From: Candidatus Latescibacterota bacterium
Lineage (GTDB): Bacteria; Latescibacterota; UBA2968
Assembly (NCBI GenBank): GCA_965204375.1
Contig: OZ241986.1
Location: forward strand, 6,112,001-6,176,000
Direction of reading: 5' to 3'
DNA length: 64,000 bases
Below the pieces are notes generated by a model that ran no database searches, was not told where the DNA came from, and saw only the letters and a program-made list of their open reading frames with translations. The position numbers and the translations under genes were made by a program. Below, in pieces: positions 56,712-64,000 of this stretch (the first letter of the stretch is position 1; every line of letters starts with the position of its first letter).

Positions 56712-58247
56712 TTACTCAAACCCCCATTCTGATTGCCGATAGTATCGATCTACTGTCGGTTCCATTTCTGTGCTGACCTCAATCGCATGTTTTTCATCAA
56801 ACATGCCCTTCCAGAAGTGCAACATTCCCCGCATTGCTTCTGCATTCAAAAATTGCGTTTCAATATCTTCAAAAGTGAGTTTTTGCATCCGGCGAATGAG
56901 ATCTTCTTTGCTCATTTCTTCGGCTTTCATACCCAATACCCATCCCCAATCTCCCATCGTTGGTATATAAGTGTGATAGGGGATTGTCGAAAAGCCAGCG
57001 TCTGTCATCGTGCGCTCAATGCACAGAAATGCAAGGCGCGCGTTGTGAGGACTCGATGCCTGGGTTACCAGTACGCCATCGGGTGTTAAATGACGCGCAC
57101 ACAGGCGATAAAATTCCCGCGAATACAATCTGGCGAGGTCTGGTCCTTTGGGGTCGGGCAAGTCGATGATGATGATATTGAATAACGCATCTGAACGCGC
57201 CAAGAACGCGCCCGCATCGTCGATTACCACATTTACACGCGGGTCGTCCAGTGCCCGCGCATTCGCTTCCACAAAGACCGGGTGTGTGCGCGCCAGATCG
57301 ATTATCGCTTTGTCTAAATCTACCAGCGTGATTGCTTGTACATCTCCATATTTTACGACTTCGCGCACAGCCAGTCCATCCCCCCCGCCTAAAATGAGTA
57401 TGTTGTTCCGCGATCCCGATAATTGCATGGTCGGATGTACCAGCGATTCGTGATAGCGTTCTTCGTCATAGGTGCTGAATTGTACGTTGCCATTTAAGTG
57501 CAGCCAGTGGTAGCCCTTCCATTCTGTTATGACAATGCGTTGATAAGCGGTCTGGTCTTGATAGACCACGCGGTCGCGATACCGACTTTGTTCACCCCAT
57601 ATTACAATGGGACGGATATAAAGTCCCAGTATCAGAAGGCCCGCGCCCAGGATCCAAAATGCCGTTAGTAGCCATCCGCGACGCGCCAATAAGTGTCGAT
57701 ATTGCCACAGCAATACCGATGCCACGATAAAGTTAATCGCGCCCAATGCCAGCGGTGTGTACGTCAGGCCCAATTCTGGCAACAAAAAAAAGGCGAACAA
57801 TAGTCCGCCGATCAATGCGCCAAAATAGTCTTTTTCCATCACTGAGGCGATGTTGGTGCGCAGATCCTGGTATGCTTCGTTCATGCGCGCTACCAGTGGA
57901 ATTTCCATGCCGATTAGCACGCCGATTGCAAAGGCATAGGTATAGATGAAAACGCCTGCCGATAACGCGAGTACGGATCCAAAATACGCCACAACCGCAC
58001 AGGTGGTGCACAGTGCAGAAAGATAAAATTCGATTGCGATAAAGCGATCCAGCAACCGGTCCGTCAACAATCGGCTCCATCGGCTACCCAGCCCCATGGC
58101 AAATAACATCAGCGACATAAGCACTGCCCACTGCAATGTCGTGTTGCCCAATAGATAGCTCGCCAGCGTTGACAATGTAAATTCGGCTACTATGCCCGCG
58201 CATCCCGTGGCGAATATACAGGCTTTTAAGAGGTAGCTTTGTCGCAT
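56712..58247 (-). CDS. Membrane-anchored polyamine aminopropyltransferase (spermidine synthase-like)
   Basis: About 7 TM segments at the N-terminus; YQRI, YHESLVH, LGGGDG, DLPDP and QASS motifs. Confidence 0.9.
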   Translation of the reverse strand: MRQSYLLKACIFATGCAGIVAEFTLSTLASYLLGNTTLQWAVLMSLMLFAMGLGSRWSRLLTDRLLDRFIAIEFYLSALCTTCAVVAYFGSVLALSAGVFIYTYAFAIGVLIGMEIPLVARMNEAYQDLRTNIASVMEKDYFGALIGGLLFAFFLLPELGLTYTPLALGAINFIVASVLLWQYRHLLARRGWLLTAFWILGAGLLILGLYIRPIVIWGEQSRYRDRVVYQDQTAYQRIVITEWKGYHWLHLNGNVQFSTYDEERYHESLVHPTMQLSGSRNNILILGGGDGLAVREVVKYGDVQAITLVDLDKAIIDLARTHPVFVEANARALDDPRVNVVIDDAGAFLARSDALFNIIIIDLPDPKGPDLARLYSREFYRLCARHLTPDGVLVTQASSPHNARLAFLCIERTMTDAGFSTIPYHTYIPTMGDWGWVLGMKAEEMSKEDLIRRMQKLTFEDIETQFLNAEAMRGMLHFWKGMFDEKHAIEVSTEMEPTVDRYYRQSEWGFE

Positions 58248-58287
58248 AAAAAATAACAACTCGGCAGGTGTTCATCCCGCCGAGTTG
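58248..58287 (-). terminator. Intrinsic terminator-like hairpin abutting the aminopropyltransferase start codon
   Basis: Minus strand CAACTCGGC-13 nt-GCCGAGTTG-TTATTTTTT then ATG. Confidence 0.7.
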
Positions 58288-58297
58288 GAGAGAATAA

Positions 58298-58567
58298 TCA
58301 AAGTCGGGAAAGCAAGTTAGTGTATTCTGCATGCGGACCGATCCAGAACCAAACAATCTCTCCATCACTCATGATACCAACTGCTCGATAATTAATATTG
58401 ATACGAGCAGAATAAATCGGTTCCGTGTAGTGAACTTTCTTGAATTGAAGACCGGGATGGTTTGGATTCAGTTTGAAAAACCTGTAGGCTTCCCTCGCCT
58501 GATGTTGAATATCGCTCGGCAATTTTGCAAGCATCTGACGAAAGCGTTTTGTCGTTTTTGAATTCAC
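58298..58567 (-). CDS. RelE/ParE-like toxin
   Basis: NPNHPGLQFKKV, YSARININYRAVG and WFWIGPHAEY motifs. Confidence 0.85.
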   Translation of the reverse strand: MNSKTTKRFRQMLAKLPSDIQHQAREAYRFFKLNPNHPGLQFKKVHYTEPIYSARININYRAVGIMSDGEIVWFWIGPHAEYTNLLSRL

Positions 58568-58782
58568 ATTTTTTCGGGATCTAATTCTCGCGTCTGACCG
58601 CTACGATGCTCAGCAAGTGCTTCAGCAGCCAGCTTGGATAACACATCCTGAGAGTTGGCAAATAACTCATCCCATCGTCTTTCGGATTCAAGTTCGGCAA
58701 GCAACCAATCTGCCAGTGCATCCTGCTCATTACGTGGCAGTTTGGATGCTTTGACGAATGCGTGTTCAAGTCGTGTTGTCAT
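58564..58782 (-). CDS. Putative antitoxin
   Basis: 72 aa with LPRNEQDALA and WDELFA; 4-nt overlap with the toxin gene. Confidence 0.8.
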   Translation of the reverse strand: MTTRLEHAFVKASKLPRNEQDALADWLLAELESERRWDELFANSQDVLSKLAAEALAEHRSGQTRELDPEKM

Positions 58783-58795
58783 AAACTCCCTCTTT

Positions 58796-59641
58796 TCACA
58801 AACTCCATACAATCAGGAACGAAGCACCCACATAAGATGTGGCTTCGATGAAGCCCGCGGCTAAATTGGGGTGTTCTTGATTGGCGATTTCGTCGGTCAG
58901 TTTTTGTCCGGGCAAGAGGATCACATCGGAGATGAAACGGGCGATGGGTAGCAATATCAATCCCACAACCACCTCAATCGCAAAATCCTGCAGGTTCACA
59001 GCCCAGGAAATAAAATCGCCCGCCGATGCGTGAAACACGATGACGCCAATGCCGATCAGTGCGCCCGCAAACGCGACGCCTGCCGCGACGTTGTCTTTTT
59101 CGATTTCATCGTGAATACTATATGGGGTAATCCATTCGTACACCAGCCCGGCCAGTACCAAGGCAGCCTGACCCAATGCCCAGAAAATTACTGTTGTCAC
59201 AATTCCGCCTATTTCACCCGATACCGCGCCAAAGATTACCAATCCCGTTGCGATATACGACGCGGCGATTACGACACCCGTGCCCGCGTTTTGATCGTCG
59301 ATCAATTCATCCCGAATTTTGAATCCGTGTAAGATCAATCCGTCGTTGACCAGACGAGACAGATTTAGCAAGATGATTGCCAGCAATCCGTATATGCCGA
59401 TGTCGATCAAATCATTTTCCAATCCCTGAGATGGCCCGGACAAGGTGCCGCCAATGGCCATGATCAATCCGAAGTAATATCCCGCCATGGCTACACCCAG
59501 TGCGACGTTGTCTTTTTCGACCAGTTCTTCCCGCACGCTGTAACTCGTTGTCGTCAAGTCTTTGACCAATTTGCCGATCCAGAATAATACAAACGCGCTG
59601 ATGAGATAAATACCCGTTGCGATTAAGTCCTGTACTATCAT
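58796..59641 (-). CDS. DUF350 (YjfL/UPF0719) membrane protein, multi-repeat
   Basis: Repeated EL..KDNVA(L/A)GV units separated by TM helices. Confidence 0.85.
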   Translation of the reverse strand: MIVQDLIATGIYLISAFVLFWIGKLVKDLTTTSYSVREELVEKDNVALGVAMAGYYFGLIMAIGGTLSGPSQGLENDLIDIGIYGLLAIILLNLSRLVNDGLILHGFKIRDELIDDQNAGTGVVIAASYIATGLVIFGAVSGEIGGIVTTVIFWALGQAALVLAGLVYEWITPYSIHDEIEKDNVAAGVAFAGALIGIGVIVFHASAGDFISWAVNLQDFAIEVVVGLILLPIARFISDVILLPGQKLTDEIANQEHPNLAAGFIEATSYVGASFLIVWSL

Positions 59642-60369
59642 TTTCCAAACCCTCCAAAACTGCGGCTGCCAAATCCAGATCGGCTGCGACTCGTTGAACG
59701 CGAACTGCCAAATCCACTACGGCTCTGGCTCGCGCGACTTTGCACTTTTTGTGTGAACGATTGTCTCTTTTGCGCTATGTTTGCCTGGCGCCGCTGGAAT
59801 GTCGATGGTTTTTGTTTCTGTGTTACAGATCCCTGCGTGCCATATTCCCGATTGCGCCCGTAATACGGACGTTGATCTCGACGATAAGACCGATAATCGT
59901 CGTAATCGTAGCGACTCATGCCAAATCCACCGCCCCAACCGAGCAAATGACTCATGAGCGCGTATTGGCCGTAGAATTCCCAGAATGATGTGCCTCCGCG
60001 ATCCGTCCAACGCCCGTAGCTCGGATTGCCCACATAGTGGTATCCGGGGGGGTGTGGCGTGTTGTTGACGCCATCTTGCTCCGATTTGGCAACCAGCGCC
60101 ATTCCCAAAAATGGTTCGTATTTTCGATAGATGGATTCCGATACTTCTATCCAGTCTGATTGTACCTTTTTTTCTCCCTGTGTTATTAGATACCGGTGAT
60201 AATACGTGGTGAAGAGAGTGCCTTCTTCGCGTATGTCATCCAGTACAATCATATACGCCGGTGCCGAGGCCAGCGATTTTTGCATTTCAACGACAGGATC
60301 GCGTTCGCCGCCGCACCCAGACAATAACAATAGGCCGATTAGCAAGATCGGCAATCGTTCTCGTGTCAT
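59638..60369 (-). CDS. Lipoprotein with Arg/Ser/Gly-rich tail (YjfM-like position)
   Basis: LLLLSGC lipobox; SRSGFG repeats ending in GGFGK. Confidence 0.78.
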   Translation of the reverse strand: MTRERLPILLIGLLLLSGCGGERDPVVEMQKSLASAPAYMIVLDDIREEGTLFTTYYHRYLITQGEKKVQSDWIEVSESIYRKYEPFLGMALVAKSEQDGVNNTPHPPGYHYVGNPSYGRWTDRGGTSFWEFYGQYALMSHLLGWGGGFGMSRYDYDDYRSYRRDQRPYYGRNREYGTQGSVTQKQKPSTFQRRQANIAQKRQSFTQKVQSRASQSRSGFGSSRSTSRSRSGFGSRSFGGFGK

Positions 60370-60414
60370 AGTCTCCTCCAAAAAAGATATTCACATCGCT
60401 TTTGTGGATCTTAC

Positions 60415-60855
60415 TTATTCGACATCAGAATCTTCTTCATCTATTTTCGACTTGATTTGCTGATCTTCGAAACCCCAAAAATCCGATGGTTTCAGAATTG
60501 GGATATTTTCAAAATATTCGAGATCAAGTAAGTCCTTATCACCTGAAATCAAACAGTCTGCCTGTGCTTGTTGCACACTTAAAAGCACATTATTATCATC
60601 TACATCCCGTGATACGGATGGCAGCGTTCCTTCTAATAGGAAGTGTTCACTAATTTCCAGTATCCAAGATTCGACTTCTCGAATACGATCTGGCGTGTAT
60701 TTAAATCGAGTTGCGAGTTTCTCTGTAACTTCGTCTAAAATCCAGTCAGATATCACCAATTGATGCGTACTTAAACAATAATCAATAAGTTCAGCACAAG
60801 CACCTCGTGTGATTAATCCAGCAATCCAGACATTTGTATCCAGCAAAATTCTCAA
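60415..60855 (-). CDS. PIN domain toxin
   Basis: ILLDTNV, RDVDDN and ISGDKDLL motifs. Confidence 0.88.
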   Translation of the reverse strand: MRILLDTNVWIAGLITRGACAELIDYCLSTHQLVISDWILDEVTEKLATRFKYTPDRIREVESWILEISEHFLLEGTLPSVSRDVDDNNVLLSVQQAQADCLISGDKDLLDLEYFENIPILKPSDFWGFEDQQIKSKIDEEDSDVE

Positions 60856-61070
60856 GAAATTCTCCTAAATACATCTTCATCTGTATAAACGCCCTGAGCT
60901 TGTGCTTGAGGAATCATCACACGCCTGAGTCGCTGAAATTCCTCTCTTTGAAGATATTGCCGAAGAGCTTCGCTTACCACTTCGTTGTGAGTGATCTGGG
61001 CAGTCTCAACCATTTGGTCCAATCGTGTACGCAACGAACCAGGTAAACTAATCTGAATCGTATCTTTCAT
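60852..61070 (-). CDS. Ribbon-helix-helix (CopG-like) antitoxin
   Basis: IQISLP...EVVSEALRQYL; 4-nt overlap with the PIN gene. Confidence 0.85.
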   Translation of the reverse strand: MKDTIQISLPGSLRTRLDQMVETAQITHNEVVSEALRQYLQREEFQRLRRVMIPQAQAQGVYTDEDVFRRIS

Positions 61071-61190
61071 AACGTCCTCCTAAAAATAAGATACGTCAAT
61101 CTCGACTTTGTGCAACAGCATATTTAACAATCTACTACGTCGTACTTATGCGTGCCAGTCTGTCTATGCTGGGATGCTGTTGTCCTGTAG

Positions 61191-61613
61191 CTACGGCACG
61201 GGGCGGTAAACGTCTTCAAACGCTTCGCGGGTTTTTGCTTCTAACGCGGCGATCATCTCCTCGGGATCCTTGTAATTCTGGATAGCAATATATCTGTGCG
61301 ATTGAAAGCCGGCTGGGTCGTGTTCAAACCCCGTGTCACTCGACACTGTGTACAAAATCGCGCTTCCGTCTGCGAATTGATAGACGTATGTCTTGATACT
61401 ATAACTCTCCGAAATCATATCAGGAAGTCGCGTATTAACGGCACTGATAACGTCGGCCATATTGGGATAGTCAGCGTACTGCTCCATATCGGGAAATCGC
61501 GCAACAACGGCATTGATAACGCTGCTCAACATGTCCTCATTGTTCTGATGATCCTCGCAGATCTGCGAGGCAATCGTGCTACTCGGCTCGCGTGCATCTC
61601 CTTGAATGCTCAT
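61191..61613 (-). CDS. Hypothetical protein
   Basis: AAGGAG RBS; short internal duplication. Confidence 0.65.
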   Translation of the reverse strand: MSIQGDAREPSSTIASQICEDHQNNEDMLSSVINAVVARFPDMEQYADYPNMADVISAVNTRLPDMISESYSIKTYVYQFADGSAILYTVSSDTGFEHDPAGFQSHRYIAIQNYKDPEEMIAALEAKTREAFEDVYRPVP

Positions 61614-61717
61614 AGTGCGTCTCCTTTCAGTTGTGTGCATCTTCGGACGCGTTTAGGATATTCATGGTTCTATTCTTTTTGTTATATACAATAGTGCAGA
61701 AGATGGTTTGAATCGCT

Positions 61718-62743
61718 TTATGATTCAGCAACATATCTATGATGCCCGTTCAAAGATAGATACCATTTCGGAGTAATGATAGTAGTAAAAATGCAGACTT
61801 CTGACCAATAGTTCTCAAAATTGAATAACATATCTTTTGTCTGTTTCCTTTTCAATAACTGCGAAAGGAAGGCAGATATATCGTCATAGAGATACAGCCA
61901 TATCTCGTCATATTTATCATTGTTACCCTTGCGTTGTCCTAATTTCTTCATGCACTTTTTCTTTTTTTGGTAGATAGCTGCCTGAATGTGCTTCTTCAGG
62001 AGAGCAAGTTCCTTGTCCACAAGTTCTGCGCCTTCACTAATGTTCCATAAAGGATTTTTGTCAAACAATTTTTCATTAGAAACGGGGACTGTCCCTTGGA
62101 AAGGCAAGCAATATATGCCAAGATCAAATCCTTCATCTATTTCAATACTGTAACCGAAATCTGTCTTTTCGATACTACCCTTGTCAATTCTGATACGACA
62201 ACAATTTCCAGCCCAAAAACGGTTTAATTGCCACAATTCGTAAGTGGTTTCTCCAAGAGTATCCTTTACGATACTAAAATCTAATTTTTCTCCTTGAGAA
62301 AAAAACCTTTCCCTTCGGACTTCTGGCAATTTGAAAATCACCTTAAGTCCTTGTGTAACGATTTTTGGGATGTCGTCTTTTATGGCATTAAATATTTCCC
62401 TGGTGGTATCCATACTGTCTTTAAAATCTTGATATGTTACGTTTATAAAAAACCGTCTTGTTTCACCTTTATTCCGAATATCGCGGGCATATTTTTTTTC
62501 AAACGTTTCTAAACAAGGCTTGATAGTCTTAGCCAAGTTATCTTTAAGCCAAAGATGATCTGTACCATCATCCATTTTTTTTGTAATACGCATGACTTCA
62601 ATGCCGATTTGCTTTCCATTCCACTCAAATTCTAAATCAGGGGGATCATTGCCATTCGTGTTTTGTCTGATGCATACATTCAATAGTTCTTCGAGTTTGT
62701 CCTTCAAAAAAATTTCAGGCTCAAAATTATCATAACTTGACAT
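61718..62743 (-). CDS. Hypothetical AT-rich gene, possible PD-(D/E)xK fold
   Basis: 341-aa ORF with DPPDLEF....IGIEV.RI near the N-terminus and YDEIWLYL near the C-terminus. Confidence 0.65.
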   Translation of the reverse strand: MSSYDNFEPEIFLKDKLEELLNVCIRQNTNGNDPPDLEFEWNGKQIGIEVMRITKKMDDGTDHLWLKDNLAKTIKPCLETFEKKYARDIRNKGETRRFFINVTYQDFKDSMDTTREIFNAIKDDIPKIVTQGLKVIFKLPEVRRERFFSQGEKLDFSIVKDTLGETTYELWQLNRFWAGNCCRIRIDKGSIEKTDFGYSIEIDEGFDLGIYCLPFQGTVPVSNEKLFDKNPLWNISEGAELVDKELALLKKHIQAAIYQKKKKCMKKLGQRKGNNDKYDEIWLYLYDDISAFLSQLLKRKQTKDMLFNFENYWSEVCIFTTIITPKWYLSLNGHHRYVAES

Positions 62744-62809
62744 CGTATTTCCCTGTAAACGGATGAAACATTGTCGGCACTAATTGTATATAATTCTCTT
62801 TGTGCAATA

Positions 62810-64000
62810 CTATGTTGGATCTTCTGGTAATTGTGAGAAGTCAAATTCGTTTACTTCGTCGATGTCTGGTGAAAATGGGGGGATGGCGTGGGGGATATGG
62901 CTGTGTCCACAGCGAGAGATGAGTGCTCGAGCGCGCGCTTGTTGTTCGGCTTGTTTCAACATATCATCGGCAGACCAGCGTGCAAAGATTTTTTCGAGGC
63001 CCGATTGGATCACGTCCTGGTATCGAGGATCATTGGATAGGTCGCGGCGTTCTTCTGGGTCTTCGTCGATGTTGAACAATTGGCAGGAGTCAAATTCGGA
63101 GTAGTAGTTCAATTTCCACGGTCCCGTGCGGAGCATGCACGCGGGCTGGTCGCCGAGTAAGCCGATGTATTCTGCAAAGACTTCATTGGGCCAATCGGAT
63201 GGTGGATCGCCTGTGAGGAATGATGCAAAGCTTTTGCCCGAGACATCGGGCATGGGGTCTGCGCCCGCAATGTCCAGAGCCGTGGGGCCTGCGTCGATGA
63301 GGCTGACGATGGCATCTTCTGTGCGGTTTTCGTGAATATGGCCCGGCCATGAGCAGATCATGGGAATGCCCACAGAGCCTTCGTAAAAACTGCTTTTCCA
63401 CCACATGCCGTGTTCATGGGCCATGTCGCCGTGGTCCGAGGTGTAGATGATGACGGTGTTGTCTGCATTAGAGGAGGATTGTACGGTTTGGATAATCTGA
63501 CCGATGTATCGGTCGAGTTCGGTCGTCAGGCCGTAATAAGCGGCCAATCCGCGACGATTCTGTTCTGGGGTGATGTCTTCAACGCCGCGTCGCTCGCGCC
63601 ATTTTTTCATGGCCGGATGCAGGGCGTTTAAGTATTCGGGCGATTCGGGTTCGAGCGGTGGGATTTGCGCCATGTAATACTCGAAGTCTTCTCTGTCGCA
63701 GATCAGGGGATTGTGCGGGTTCATGTAGCCGACGACGAGGGCATAAGGTCTGTCGCTGTTTTGCCGGTCGGCGATGAATTTGCAGGCTGTTTCGGTGACG
63801 GATTTGTCAAAGTAGCGATAACCTGTTTCGCCATAGCCGGATACTTGGACGCCGTATTTGGTCTGTCCCGTTGTGCGGTTGTATCCAGAGCCGAGAATTT
63901 CTGCGGATAGCCCGCCGCAGTCGGCGTGGATGCGTTTTTCAAAGCCGTGGAATTGGTCGGGGTTTCTAAAGTGCATGCGACCGCATAGTACGGCTTCGTA
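62810..64000 (-). CDS. Sulfatase, choline-sulfatase-like (partial; start beyond the right edge)
   Basis: CGRMHF..PDQFHGFE, YTSDHGDM, WWKSSFYEGS and LFNIDEDPEE motifs. Confidence 0.88.
   Translation of the reverse strand, partial: YEAVLCGRMHFRNPDQFHGFEKRIHADCGGLSAEILGSGYNRTTGQTKYGVQVSGYGETGYRYFDKSVTETACKFIADRQNSDRPYALVVGYMNPHNPLICDREDFEYYMAQIPPLEPESPEYLNALHPAMKKWRERRGVEDITPEQNRRGLAAYYGLTTELDRYIGQIIQTVQSSSNADNTVIIYTSDHGDMAHEHGMWWKSSFYEGSVGIPMICSWPGHIHENRTEDAIVSLIDAGPTALDIAGADPMPDVSGKSFASFLTGDPPSDWPNEVFAEYIGLLGDQPACMLRTGPWKLNYYSEFDSCQLFNIDEDPEERRDLSNDPRYQDVIQSGLEKIFARWSADDMLKQAEQQARARALISRCGHSHIPHAIPPFSPDIDEVNEFDFSQLPEDPT

Overview
A gene-dense bacterial chromosome segment. The several sulfatases, the Uma2 gene, short 7-8 nt intergenic repeats and the yggS-yggT-divIVA-mtnP-dksA-lspA-rluD cluster suggest an FCB-group organism (Latescibacterota/Gemmatimonadota-like); this is inference only. 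Housekeeping and metabolic genes include murQ, a non-canonical clpX, rqcH/NFACT, folD with a ZMP/ZTP riboswitch, a nitroreductase, a two-domain PPK2 and recJ. Five accessory blocks interrupt them. (1) A Type III restriction-modification locus (15.2-25.7 kb) whose mod and res genes are separated by a Fic gene and an uncharacterised three-gene cassette (unknown protein, S1/OB-like protein, ComEC-type metallo-beta-lactamase-fold hydrolase). This cassette is the best candidate for an undescribed defence system. (2) A STAS / REC-PP2C / RsbW / periplasmic binding protein / HAMP kinase / Amt signalling operon with no sigma factor. (3) An ABC-type ATPase plus putative nuclease islet with a DUF1156 methylase remnant. 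(4) A PspA-DUF4178-DUF350-aminopropyltransferase module split into convergent halves and interrupted by a toxin-antitoxin pair. (5) A PIN toxin-antitoxin pair with orphan genes. No tRNA, rRNA, CRISPR array, integrase or transposase was seen. All family assignments come from motif recognition by eye, not database searches.
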